Source: Bryobacteraceae bacterium (GTDB lineage: Bacteria; Acidobacteriota; Terriglobia; Bryobacterales; Bryobacteraceae). From it: a stretch of DNA of 64,000 nt. Location of the stretch: assembly GCA_046289265.1 (NCBI GenBank), contig JBKBWD010000021.1, positions 2,626-66,625 of the forward strand, in the 5' to 3' direction. The translations under genes and the position numbers were made by a program. This document shows positions 48,246-57,680 of this stretch, in pieces. The notes beneath the pieces are model-generated. The model saw nothing but the letters and a program-made list of their open reading frames with translations. It was not told the origin of the DNA and searched no databases. Numbering within the stretch: position 1 is the first letter of the stretch; the number at the start of each line of letters is the position of its first letter.

Positions 48246-51200
48246 TTAGACCAGCGCCTCCGAGGCTACTCGCTCGGTGACGAAGGCCTCGATGATGTCG
48301 CCGGGTTTGAGGTCATTGTAATTGGCGATGCCGACGCCGCACTCGAACCCGCTCTTGACCTCGGTGGCGTCGTTCTTAAAGCGCTTGAGCGATTGAATCT
48401 TTCCGGTGTGGATCACGACGTTGTCGCGGAGCAGGCGCACCTGGCTGTCGCGCGTGAGCACGCCATCGAGAACCATGCAGCCGGCCACAGTCCCGACCTT
48501 GGTGACGCGGAAGACCTCGCGAACCTCCGCCCGGCCGCGGTAGACCTCCTTGAAGACGGGCTCGAGCATTCCGGTCATGGCGCGCTTGATCTCGTCGGTC
48601 AGCTCATAAATGATCGTGTGGAGCCGGATATCCACCTTTTCCTGCTCAGCCAGAGCCGCGGCGTTGCGCTCGGGCCGGACGTTGAATCCGACCACGATGG
48701 CGTTGGAGGCCGAAGCCAGCAGGACGTCGGTCTCGGTGATGGCGCCGACGCCAGAGTGCAGAACCTTGATCTTGACCTTGTCGGTCGAGAGCTTCTGGAG
48801 CGTGTCGGAAAGCACCTCGGAGGTGCCGCCGACGTCGGCCTTGAGGATGACGTTGAGCTCCTTGACCTCGCCCTCCCTGAGCTGTCCGTGCAACTGGTCG
48901 AGTGTGACGCGGTTGGTGCGGGCCATCGCCTGCTCGCGGGCCTTCGATTCACGGTAAATGACGATCTGCTTCGCCTTCGCTGTGTCGGTCACCACCTGGA
49001 AGGTGTCGCCGACTTCCGGGAGTGAGTCGAGACCGAGGACCTCGACCGGAGTCGAGGGTTCGGCGTCGCGCACCGGCTGGCCGAGGTCGCTGAACATCGC
49101 CCGAACCTTGCCGAAGACCGAACCGCAGATGAAGTGGTCTCCTACCCGCAGCGTGCCGTTGCGGACCAGAACGGTGGCGACCGGGCCGCGGCCGCGGTCC
49201 AACTGGGCTTCGAGTACCGAGCCGATGCCAGGCCGGTTCGGGTTCGCCTTGAGGTCCTGCATGTCGGCGACCAGCAGAATCATCTCGAGCAGAAGATCGA
49301 GGTTCTGGCTGGCCTTGGCCGAAACCGGGACCATGACGACATCGCCGCCCCAGTCTTCGGCGAGCAGGCCGCGGTCGGCGAGCTGCTGCTTGATCCGTTC
49401 GGGCTGGGCATCGGGCTTGTCGATCTTGTTGATTGCAACGATAATCGGAACCTTCGCCGCTTTGGCGTGGTCGATGGCCTCAAGCGTCTGGGGCATTACG
49501 CCGTCATCGGCGGCGACCACCAGAATGACGATATCGGTCACCTTGGCGCCGCGGGCGCGCATGCGGGTGAATGCCTCGTGGCCGGGCGTGTCGATGAAGA
49601 CGACCTTGCGGCCGTTCTTCTCCACCTGGTAGGCGCCGATGTGCTGTGTGATGCCGCCGGCCTCGCGGGCCGCGACGTTGGTCAGGCGGATCGCGTCGAG
49701 CAGCGAGGTTTTGCCGTGGTCGACGTGCCCCATGATGGTGACCACCGGGGCGCGCCGCACCAGATCCTTCTCGCCTTCCTGGAGTTCGATTTCCTGTATC
49801 GATTCTTCCTCGTAACTGACCTTGTTGGTGGAGGCTCCGAAGGCGCGAGCCAGTTCCTCGGCGAGTTTGACATCGAGGGTCTGGTTAATGGTTGCGAAGA
49901 TTTTGCGCTCGACCAGCTTCTTGATCACCAGGTTCGCGCGCACGCCGAGCTTCTCGGAGAGCTCCTTGACGGTGACGCCTTCGGCGACGGTGATTTCACG
50001 GTCGATGGGCGGCGGCGCCAGCTCCTGCTTGCGCGAGGAGGGCAGCCGAAGTTTTCCTTCCTTCTCCAACTCCCGGTCGCGCACTTGGATGCGTCCACCC
50101 GGCTTGGCCTGATGGCGGCGCTGTTCGGTGGGCGGCAGGGTGGCCGGCTCCATCCGGAGCGGCGTACTGGTCGGATGCATCTGCCGTCCACGCTGCGGAC
50201 GGCCCGGGCCGCCAGGTCCCGGAGCGCCGGGGCCGCGCATGAGCGGCTGGCCGGGGCGGATGGGGCCTCGATAAATCGGTTGCCCTGGAACCGGAGTGCC
50301 CGAAGGTCGCTGCGGCATACCAGGCCGGGGCGGCTGGGGGGCTCCGGGCATTTTGGGAGACTGCTGTTGCTGGAGCCTTGCCACCAGGTCCGGGCGCGGC
50401 GGAACCACGGGCCGCGCAGCCGGCTGACCGGCCAGGGTCGCGGGCCGGGGCTGCGGCGAATGAGCCGGCGCTCCTGGCTGGCCGGTGGGACGGGGTCCCG
50501 GCGCCTGTGGGCGCGGCTGGCGCTGCTGGGCTATCGGCTGCTGCGGACGAACCGGGGTTTGCGGCGGGCGCGGAGGTCCGGGAGCGGCAGGCGATAGCGG
50601 CAGGGGCGCACGGGGACCGCTCAGGATCTGGCCGGGCCGTGCCGATGGCTGTCCGGCGGCCGGTCGGGGCGCGCCGGGTGCAATCTGCGCTGCGGGCGGA
50701 CGCACTGGATCCTGCTGCTGTGGAGGCTGTTGTGCCTGAGGAGGTTGCGACGCCTTCGGCGGCGCCTGCCCAGGCGTCGTGAGCGGCGGGTGAATGGGAC
50801 CCGGCGGCACGGATACGGGCTGTGTACCCTGTGCTCCGAGTGGCGGCCGCAATGGTTGCGGTGCCGTGCGGGGCGTCACGCGATCGTGCGCGGCCAGTGC
50901 CGAATCGGCATGCGGAACTTCAGACAACTGTGTCTCCTCGGTTTCAGCGGCGCGAGCGTCGGTAGGCTGCTCGGCGGATTCCTGGGCGGCCGGAGCGGCA
51001 ACTTCTGCCTTACGCTCCTCGCGCGCCGCCGGGCGCACTTCGGGCTTCTCGGTCTCACTGTCGTGCTCGTGGCCGTCGTGCTCGTCCGGACCCGATCCGT
51101 CTTCGCCAACCCCATGGACGCCAAAGTGGTTCCGCACCTGGATCGCGACGTCTTCGTCAATCGAGCTGGAATGGGTCTTCTTCTCGGAAACGCCAAGCCC

Positions 51201-51275
51201 GGGCAACAACTCCAGAATCCGGTTGGGCTTGACCTCCAACTCTCTTGCCAGCTCATTGATTCGAATTTTCTTCAT
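48246..51275 (-). CDS. infB: translation initiation factor IF-2
   Basis: [17 protein letters not shown]-terminus. The GTPase domain has [17 protein letters not shown] and NKID. There is a long Pro/Gln/Ala-rich N-terminal spacer. Confidence 0.95.
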   Translation of the reverse strand: MKKIRINELARELEVKPNRILELLPGLGVSEKKTHSSSIDEDVAIQVRNHFGVHGVGEDGSGPDEHDGHEHDSETEKPEVRPAAREERKAEVAAPAAQESAEQPTDARAAETEETQLSEVPHADSALAAHDRVTPRTAPQPLRPPLGAQGTQPVSVPPGPIHPPLTTPGQAPPKASQPPQAQQPPQQQDPVRPPAAQIAPGAPRPAAGQPSARPGQILSGPRAPLPLSPAAPGPPRPPQTPVRPQQPIAQQRQPRPQAPGPRPTGQPGAPAHSPQPRPATLAGQPAARPVVPPRPDLVARLQQQQSPKMPGAPQPPRPGMPQRPSGTPVPGQPIYRGPIRPGQPLMRGPGAPGPGGPGRPQRGRQMHPTSTPLRMEPATLPPTEQRRHQAKPGGRIQVRDRELEKEGKLRLPSSRKQELAPPPIDREITVAEGVTVKELSEKLGVRANLVIKKLVERKIFATINQTLDVKLAEELARAFGASTNKVSYEEESIQEIELQEGEKDLVRRAPVVTIMGHVDHGKTSLLDAIRLTNVAAREAGGITQHIGAYQVEKNGRKVVFIDTPGHEAFTRMRARGAKVTDIVILVVAADDGVMPQTLEAIDHAKAAKVPIIVAINKIDKPDAQPERIKQQLADRGLLAEDWGGDVVMVPVSAKASQNLDLLLEMILLVADMQDLKANPNRPGIGSVLEAQLDRGRGPVATVLVRNGTLRVGDHFICGSVFGKVRAMFSDLGQPVRDAEPSTPVEVLGLDSLPEVGDTFQVVTDTAKAKQIVIYRESKAREQAMARTNRVTLDQLHGQLREGEVKELNVILKADVGGTSEVLSDTLQKLSTDKVKIKVLHSGVGAITETDVLLASASNAIVVGFNVRPERNAAALAEQEKVDIRLHTIIYELTDEIKRAMTGMLEPVFKEVYRGRAEVREVFRVTKVGTVAGCMVLDGVLTRDSQVRLLRDNVVIHTGKIQSLKRFKNDATEVKSGFECGVGIANYNDLKPGDIIEAFVTERVASEALV

Positions 51276-51427
51276 AAGTTAGGAACTACAATGCCGATCG
51301 ATGCAAGCCTTTGATCTTACATGTGCGGCTCGACTCCGCGGAACTGCTCCGCGAGTAATGGTTTGTAAATATTAGACTTCCGGTTCTTCAATCCGAGTCC
51401 TTATCGTAACAGATTCAATTCCATACA

Positions 51428-52984
51428 TCACCCGCGCGCCTCATCGGGCGACGCGGGCTCTTCGGTCTGGGTGCTTTCGCCGCCGGAGACCTCCGCCGGC
51501 TGTGGCGGCTCCTCCCGGAGAACTTCCTCTCCCGCGGGCGCGGCTTCCGCGGCTGGGAACTCTTCGGCCGGCAACTCTTCGGCCGGCTCGCCGGCCGCAA
51601 CATCCACCGCCTCGGGGTACTCGCCGCTCAGGCCCGTGTACTCGTCCTGCGTCAAAGAGGGCTGCTCCTCGGGGGCGGGCTGGGCGGCGGCCATGTGCTC
51701 GGCGTATTCGACCGTGGTCTCGAACTGGCCATAGTAGCTGTTGACGGCCTGGAAAATCCGCTCGATCATTTCCGGCTCGATGCCCGAAACGTCGGTGAGC
51801 TGCTCGGGAGTCATCTCACCCAGCCGCTCGACCGTCGGGATTCCCGCTTCGATGAACTTCTCCACAATCCGCTCGGGCAGGCCGTGGTCGATCAGAACCG
51901 ACACCGGAGCGCCGGGAACCACCAGGGCCGCCATGGCGGACTCAACCTCCTGGCGCTTCTCCTCCTCGCTCTTGATGTCGATCTTCCAACCGAGCAATTT
52001 CGCAGCCAGCCGGACGTTCTGCCCCTTCTTGCCGATCGCCAGCGAGAGCTGGGTATCGTCCACAATTACTTCCATGTGCCGCTCGGCGGCACTGACAATG
52101 GCGACGCGGGAAATTTTTGCCGGACTCAGCGCGTGTGTGGCAAAAACGACGGGGTCCTCTGAGTGCTCGATGATATCGATCTTTTCCCCGCGCAACTCAC
52201 GAATAATCGATTGCACGCGCATGCCCTTCATGCCGACGCAGGCGCCGACGCTGTCGACGTCGCGATCCCGGCTGATGACGGCGATCTTGGTCCGCTCGCC
52301 GGCCTCCCGCGCGCAACCCCGAATCACGACGGTGTTGTCGTAGATTTCCGGAACCTCCTGCTCGAACAGCCGGATCACCAGTTCCGGCGCGGCGCGAGAG
52401 ACGATCACGCCGGAGTTCTTTCCGGTCTTCTCCACGCTCTTGATCACGCAGCGCACGCGCTCGCCGACGCTGAAACTCTCCAGGCGCGATTGCTCCTTCT
52501 TGGGCAGGCGCGCTTCGGTCTTGCCGAGATCCACGACCAGGTCCTGGCCCTCGATCCGTTTCACCGTGCAGTTGACCAGTTCGCCGACGCGGCCCGAGAA
52601 CTCCGAGTAGATCGTTTCCCGCTCGGCCTCCCGGACCTTCTGCAGGATGACCTGCTTGGCGGTCTGGGCGGAGATGCGCCCCAGGGCGTCCATCGCCTTG
52701 GGGAAGCGGATCTGCGAGCCGATTTCGGCGGCCGGGTCGATTTGGCGCGCCTCCTCCAGCCCGATCTGGGTCACCTCGTCCTCAACTGTTTCGACGACCG
52801 TCCTGACGGCATAGATCTGGAGGCCGCCGGTCGCCGCGTCCAAATCGGCCACCAGCTCTTCGTTGCTCCGGAAATGCTTCCGGGCGGCGACGAGCATCGC
52901 GTCCTTCACCGCGTCGACGACGATCTGCGGATCGATTCCCTTTTCCTTGCTCAGAATCTCGATGGACTGATAGATAGTACCCAA
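51428..52984 (-). CDS. nusA: transcription termination/antitermination factor NusA (with acidic C-terminal extension)
   Basis: N-terminal domain, S1 domain (GELVNCTVKRIEGQDLVVDLG) and KH domains. TTG start with AGAGGA 7-8 nt upstream. Confidence 0.95.
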   Translation of the reverse strand: MGTIYQSIEILSKEKGIDPQIVVDAVKDAMLVAARKHFRSNEELVADLDAATGGLQIYAVRTVVETVEDEVTQIGLEEARQIDPAAEIGSQIRFPKAMDALGRISAQTAKQVILQKVREAERETIYSEFSGRVGELVNCTVKRIEGQDLVVDLGKTEARLPKKEQSRLESFSVGERVRCVIKSVEKTGKNSGVIVSRAAPELVIRLFEQEVPEIYDNTVVIRGCAREAGERTKIAVISRDRDVDSVGACVGMKGMRVQSIIRELRGEKIDIIEHSEDPVVFATHALSPAKISRVAIVSAAERHMEVIVDDTQLSLAIGKKGQNVRLAAKLLGWKIDIKSEEEKRQEVESAMAALVVPGAPVSVLIDHGLPERIVEKFIEAGIPTVERLGEMTPEQLTDVSGIEPEMIERIFQAVNSYYGQFETTVEYAEHMAAAQPAPEEQPSLTQDEYTGLSGEYPEAVDVAAGEPAEELPAEEFPAAEAAPAGEEVLREEPPQPAEVSGGESTQTEEPASPDEARG

Positions 52985-53015
52985 ACTCGTTCCTCTTTCC
53001 AGTCTGTCCGGAGAT

Positions 53016-53492
53016 TTACCAATCGAACTTCAGGTTGGCCTTTTCGACCTGGTCGAGACCGAAACGAACCGACTTGCCGGGGGCAGGCTCGATCGTGATG
53101 ATGCCGTCCGAGATGCCTGTCAGCGTGCCTTCCCAGTGACGCTGGTTTTCGACCGGCGCCCGGAGCACCACCTTGGCCTTGTGTCCCACAAACCGCTCGA
53201 AATCCCGCGGCCTGCTCAGCTTCCGTTCCACGCCCGGGGAGCTGACCTCCAACGTGTAGCTTCCTCCCGGAACCACATCCTCGACATCCAGAATCGTGCC
53301 CACCTGTTGGGAAATCAGCTCGCAATCGCCGTGAGTCACTCCGCCGGGCTTGTCGATCAAGATCCGGAGGAGCCGGCTCCGGCCTCCCCCGAGCAACTGG
53401 ACATCGACGATCTCGATCCCCTCGGAATCGCCCACACGTTCGGCGATCTCGGTGATCTTCTCGACGACTCCGGCGTTCTGGTTGATGGGCAT
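53016..53492 (-). CDS. rimP: ribosome maturation factor RimP
   Basis: LRILIDKPGGVTHGDCELISQQV, LEVSSPGVERKL. ATG at 53492..53490 is preferred over the TTG at 53504 used by the ORF track. Confidence 0.9.
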   Translation of the reverse strand: MPINQNAGVVEKITEIAERVGDSEGIEIVDVQLLGGGRSRLLRILIDKPGGVTHGDCELISQQVGTILDVEDVVPGGSYTLEVSSPGVERKLSRPRDFERFVGHKAKVVLRAPVENQRHWEGTLTGISDGIITIEPAPGKSVRFGLDQVEKANLKFDW

Positions 53493-53502
53493 CGTGTGCA
53501 CC

Positions 53503-53528
53503 AATAAAAAAGTGGGCTTGCGCCCACT
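53503..53528 (-). terminator. intrinsic-terminator-like hairpin + U-tract in the rimP leader (candidate attenuator)
   Basis: Minus-strand RNA reads AGUGGGC-GCAA-GCCCACU followed by UUUUUAUU, ending ~10 nt before the rimP ATG and downstream of the predicted promoter. Confidence 0.55.
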
Positions 53529-53550
53529 CTACGCGTTCGACACCTTTTTC

Positions 53551-53579
53551 ATTATACCCAATGCCGCGCGAGAGACCAA
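53551..53579 (-). promoter_or_regulatory. sigma-70-type promoter for the rimP-nusA-infB operon
   Basis: Minus strand reads TTGGTC (53579..53574), a 17-nt spacer, then TATAAT (53556..53551). This is a perfect -10 hexamer in a GC-rich genome, about 60 nt upstream of rimP. Confidence 0.5.
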
Positions 53580-53745
53580 CCCGGAGCGGGCGAACCCCGA
53601 GGCAACAGCGCCTGAATATAAGATGACCGGCCGGCGTGTTCCGTTTCATCTCTGCCTGTTTTCTTCCTGTATACGCTTCCGCAAAAACCGGATCAGGTTG
53701 TTATTCTATGGAGGAACACGCATTCGCAGAAGGAGACCCGAAGTC

Positions 53746-55032
53746 ATGAGCGACGAACAATCCCGGCGCAGTTTTCTGAAGAGCTCGGCCCTGGCCGCCG
53801 CGATCAGCACCGGCCCGGCTATCCTGCCGGCGCTCGGCCAGAACAATAAAATCACGGTCGGCTGGATCGGGACCGGCACGCGCGGCAATTACCTGATGGA
53901 GCGCGCCTACAACGGCGTTCCGGAGATGATCCAGGTGACTGCGGTCTGCGACACCTTCGACGGCCATCTTAACCGGGCCAAGGACCGCGTCCAGACCTCG
54001 GGGAAGAACACCCCGAAAACCTTCGTGGACTATCGCGAGCTTCTCCAGGACCCCTCGATCGATGCGGTCGTGATCGCCACGCCCGAGCACCTCCACTACG
54101 AAATGACCATCGACGCGCTGCTCGCCGGCAAGCACGTCTACATCGAAAAACCGCTGGCCCACACGATCGAAGAGGGCGCCGAGATCGTTCGAGTCGCCGA
54201 GAAGGCCAGGAAGGTTGTCCAAGTCGGCACGCAGAACCGCAGCAATGAGCTATACATCAAGGCCAAAGAGCTGGTCCAGCAGGGCCTCATCGGGGAGTGC
54301 CACTATGTCCGGGCCTTCTGGTACCGCAACTCGCTTCCGAACAACCCGGCCTGGCGCTATGCCATCCCGCCGACCGCCAACGAACAGAATACCGACTGGA
54401 ACCGCTTTCTCGGCAGCGCGCAGAAACGGCCGTTCAGCAAAAACCGCTACTACCAGTGGCGGCTCTACTGGGACTACTCGGGCGGCATCTCGACCGACCT
54501 GCTCGTACACCAGACCGACATCACCAATTTCGTGCTCGGCAAGACGACGCCGTCCTCCTGCATGGCTTCGGGCGGCATCTATCGCTGGATCGACGCCGAG
54601 GATGACCGCGAGGTGCCGGATACGCTGAGTGCGATCTATGACTACCCCGGCCTGTTCCACCTGAACTATAGCTGCTACTTCGGCAACGTCCACTTTGGAT
54701 ACGGCGAGCAGTTTATGGGCAACGAAGGCACCATCGAGGTGCTGAACCGCTCGGTGCTGAACTTCTATCCCGAGAAGTTTCAGGGAACCACGCCGCCGCA
54801 CATCGCCGCCCGCAAGCCGATTACGATCGAGCCGCCCGCCGGCAACGACAACCGCGCCGTGGAGGCCCACATCCGCAACTGGCTGGAGGCGATCCGCGGC
54901 AAGGGCCAGGTAATCGCGCCTCCCAAAGTCGGCCAGCAGGCCGCCGTTTCGGGCCACATGGCGACGCTCTCTTACCGCAACAACAAAAAGATTTACTGGG
55001 ACGAGGAGAACCAGCGCTACCACTTCGCCTGA
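53746..55032 (+). CDS. Gfo/Idh/MocA family oxidoreductase with Tat signal
   Basis: MSDEQSRRSFLKSSALAAA twin-arginine signal. Rossmann start ITVGWIGTGTRG and EKP motif (YIEKPLA). The ORF-track start (53350) is an upstream extension across the rimP promoter and is rejected. Confidence 0.85.
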   Translation: MSDEQSRRSFLKSSALAAAISTGPAILPALGQNNKITVGWIGTGTRGNYLMERAYNGVPEMIQVTAVCDTFDGHLNRAKDRVQTSGKNTPKTFVDYRELLQDPSIDAVVIATPEHLHYEMTIDALLAGKHVYIEKPLAHTIEEGAEIVRVAEKARKVVQVGTQNRSNELYIKAKELVQQGLIGECHYVRAFWYRNSLPNNPAWRYAIPPTANEQNTDWNRFLGSAQKRPFSKNRYYQWRLYWDYSGGISTDLLVHQTDITNFVLGKTTPSSCMASGGIYRWIDAEDDREVPDTLSAIYDYPGLFHLNYSCYFGNVHFGYGEQFMGNEGTIEVLNRSVLNFYPEKFQGTTPPHIAARKPITIEPPAGNDNRAVEAHIRNWLEAIRGKGQVIAPPKVGQQAAVSGHMATLSYRNNKKIYWDEENQRYHFA

Positions 55033-55040
55033 TCCTGTTC

Positions 55041-55081
55041 GCCGGACTCCGCCGCCCCACCGGAACGCGGCGGAGTCCGGC
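55041..55081 (+). terminator. perfect 15-bp GC-rich hairpin 8 nt after the oxidoreductase stop
   Basis: GCCGGACTCCGCCGC (55041..55055), an 11-nt loop, then GCGGCGGAGTCCGGC (55067..55081). No U-tract follows. Confidence 0.5.
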
Positions 55082-55144
55082 CACTCCCAGCCGCACTTCC
55101 CCCAACGCTCTCCATCGGCTACACTGACGCAATTAGGTACATTT

Positions 55145-56314
55145 ATGGCCAACGTAAAGACGGGACAGTTGATTATCGCCGCCATCCTGGCGATCTTCGT
55201 ATACGGCGTTATCGCCGCCATGCTCGGCACGCTGATGCCGACCTTCGATCTGACGATGGAGCAGAAGGGCAACATCGCCCTCGCCCAGGCGCTGGGACTT
55301 GTGATCGCCTCCCTTTCAGCAGGCCCGATTATCGACAACAAAGGCAAGAAGACCGCTTTGGTCGCGGGTCTGGCGCTGATCGCGATTGCGCTGTTCTCGC
55401 TCCCGAACACGGGCGGCGAGTACAGCCTGATCCTCGGCTGCCTTTTTCTGCTCGGCCTGGGCGGCGGCATTATCGTAACGGCGGCCAACGCTCTGGTGAG
55501 CGATATCAGCCCGGACCGGCGCGCCTCCGTCCTCAACTTCCTGAATCTCTTCTTCGGCCTGGGCGGACTGGCGACCCCCTTCCTGGCGGCCAACCTGCTC
55601 GGGGGCGATCCCGTTCGGCTCTGCTACCTTGCCGCGGTCCTGGCGGCCGTGACCTTCCTGGTCCACGCGGGAACGCCGATGCCGCCGCCGAGCGGCGAGC
55701 GCGGCTTTAAACTCTCCGAGGCCGGACAACTGCTCGGGCAGCCCTCGCTGTACCTGCTTTCGATCTTCCTGTTCCTCTACGTGGCGGCTGAAGTCGGCGT
55801 CTGGAACTGGCTGGCTTCCTACCTGGTGAGCCAGGGAATCGACCAGAGCAAAGCGCTGAACATCCTGTCGCTCGGCTTCGCTCTCGGCCTGCTGATCGGC
55901 CGCGTGGTGGTGGCCCGCATCCTGGTGAAGGTGGCGGCCGTGACCGTGACGCTCGGCTCTTCGGTGCTGATGGCCGCGACGACGTATCTGATGCTCCAGA
56001 CTGCCGATCCGACCATGGCCTGGATTGCGGTCTTCTGCGCGGGCCTGGCGATGGCGCCGGTCTTCCCGACGACGCTCGCAATGGTCGGGGATGCGTTCCC
56101 GAAGGGTACCGCCACCGCGATGGGCATCGTAATCACGTTCGGATGGATCGGCCTGGCCGTGAGTTCGCCGATTATCGGGGCGATTGCGGGTGAGGGCTCG
56201 GCGGACCTGAACACCGCGCTGCTGGTGCTGCCCGCGGCTTCGGTCCTGATGATCATCGTGAACCTGGCGCTTCGCCCGGCGCTGGCGGCGAGAGCGGCGC
56301 GAAAGGCTGCCTGA
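55145..56314 (+). CDS. MFS transporter
   Basis: 389 aa, ~12 hydrophobic segments in a 6+6 arrangement with a central loop (PPPSGERGFKLSE). Confidence 0.8.
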   Translation: MANVKTGQLIIAAILAIFVYGVIAAMLGTLMPTFDLTMEQKGNIALAQALGLVIASLSAGPIIDNKGKKTALVAGLALIAIALFSLPNTGGEYSLILGCLFLLGLGGGIIVTAANALVSDISPDRRASVLNFLNLFFGLGGLATPFLAANLLGGDPVRLCYLAAVLAAVTFLVHAGTPMPPPSGERGFKLSEAGQLLGQPSLYLLSIFLFLYVAAEVGVWNWLASYLVSQGIDQSKALNILSLGFALGLLIGRVVVARILVKVAAVTVTLGSSVLMAATTYLMLQTADPTMAWIAVFCAGLAMAPVFPTTLAMVGDAFPKGTATAMGIVITFGWIGLAVSSPIIGAIAGEGSADLNTALLVLPAASVLMIIVNLALRPALAARAARKAA

Positions 56315-56333
56315 TTCGTTAGACTGATAGCGA

Positions 56334-57287
56334 GTGACAGGCTCCCGATCGTCCGAATCCAGCGGGCTGGCGACCTCGCTTTGCGGCATTCCGCTGCGGA
56401 ACCCGGTCCTGGCGGCCTCCGGCACCTTCGCCTATGGCGTCGAGTTCGGGAGCATCGTCGACCTGAATCAGCTCGGCGGCTTCATCGTCAAGGGCCTCTC
56501 GCGCGAGCCGATGGAGGGTAACCCCCCGCCGCGAATCTGGGAGGCCGGGGCGGGCATGATCAATTCGATCGGCCTGCAGAACATCGGCGTGCGCGCCTTC
56601 GTGGCCGAAAAGCTCCCGGCGCTGCGGAATCTGCGGACGGCGGTCTTCGCCAATGTCTTCGGGTACGCGGAGGAGGATTACCTCGAGGTCGTGCGAGTCC
56701 TGGAAGATTACGAAGGGCTGGCCGGCTATGAGCTGAACGTCTCCTGCCCGAACACGAAGCATGGCGGGATCTTCTTTTCGAGCGACCCGGTGCTGCTCGG
56801 GCAACTTGTCGCGGCGGTCCGGCGCGTCGCCAGACGCCCGCTGATCGTGAAACTCTCGCCGAACGTCGCCCGTATTGAGCCGGTGGCGAAGGCGGCCGAG
56901 GAGGCCGGGGCGGATGCGATCTCGCTGGTGAATACCTTCGTTTCGCTGGCGGTGGACGCGAGGACGCGGCGGCCCCGGATCGGGGCGGGCTTTGGCGGGC
57001 TGTCCGGCCCGGCAATCAAGCCGATCGCGCTGCGGCTGGTTTACGAGGCGGCCCGGAGCGTGAGGATTCCGGTGATCGGACTGGGCGGCATCTCGACGGG
57101 CGAGGACGCAGCCGAGTTTCTGGTGGCTGGCGCCACCGCCGTCCAGGTGGGAACCGCGAACTTCTGGGACCCGGCCTCCGCGCTGCGCATCCCCCGCGAA
57201 TTGGACCGCTTCCTCCAGGAGGAAGGGATCGCCAGCGTCCGGGACCTGGTCGGAACACTACGGATGGGAGAGTCAGGAAAGTCATGA
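56334..57287 (+). CDS. pyrD: dihydroorotate dehydrogenase (class 1, PyrD catalytic subunit)
   Basis: LRNPVLAASGTFAYG, ELNVSCPN, VKLSPN, GGLSGPAIKPIALR and GLGGISTGEDAAEF are class 1 DHODH motifs. Confidence 0.9.
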   Translation: MTGSRSSESSGLATSLCGIPLRNPVLAASGTFAYGVEFGSIVDLNQLGGFIVKGLSREPMEGNPPPRIWEAGAGMINSIGLQNIGVRAFVAEKLPALRNLRTAVFANVFGYAEEDYLEVVRVLEDYEGLAGYELNVSCPNTKHGGIFFSSDPVLLGQLVAAVRRVARRPLIVKLSPNVARIEPVAKAAEEAGADAISLVNTFVSLAVDARTRRPRIGAGFGGLSGPAIKPIALRLVYEAARSVRIPVIGLGGISTGEDAAEFLVAGATAVQVGTANFWDPASALRIPRELDRFLQEEGIASVRDLVGTLRMGESGKS

Positions 57288-57667
57288 AGCAGATCGTTTC
57301 CACACCGAACGCCCCGAAGGCGATCGGACCGTACTCGCAGGCGGTGATTCACAACGGCCTGATCTATGCCAGCGGTCAGATTCCGCTCGATCCGGCAACG
57401 GGGCAGCTTGTGGACGGGGACATCGCGATTCAGACCGAGCGCGTGCTGGAGAACCTGAAGGCTGTGCTTGAGGCGGCCGGCTCCGGCCTGGACGCCGTTC
57501 TCAAAACGACGGTCTTTCTGAAGAGCATGGACAACTTTCCCCGGATGAACGAGGTCTACGCTCGCTACTTTACGCGGAATCCACCGGCGCGCGCGACCGT
57601 CGAGGCGGCGCGCCTTCCCAAGGACGTCGAAGTGGAGATCGAGGCGATCGCGGCTGTACGGGACTGA
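57284..57667 (+). CDS. ridA: RidA/YjgF family reactive-intermediate deaminase
   Basis: APKAIGPYSQAV, ...ARATVEAARLPKDVEVEIEAIA. ATGA overlap with pyrD. Confidence 0.9.
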   Translation: MKQIVSTPNAPKAIGPYSQAVIHNGLIYASGQIPLDPATGQLVDGDIAIQTERVLENLKAVLEAAGSGLDAVLKTTVFLKSMDNFPRMNEVYARYFTRNPPARATVEAARLPKDVEVEIEAIAAVRD

Positions 57668-57680
57668 CCGTACGCCCGCG

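Noticed and set aside
50120-50885. IF-2 proline-rich region as a tandem DNA repeat / VNTR.
   Set aside because: The repetition is compositional (P/Q/A/G-rich) rather than an exact nucleotide unit. It is in frame within a conserved gene and is treated as a low-complexity linker.
53350-53745. Upstream 132-aa extension of the oxidoreductase ORF (track start 53350).
   Set aside because: It runs antisense through rimP and its promoter. The Tat signal peptide starts at the ATG at 53746, which is the natural N-terminus.
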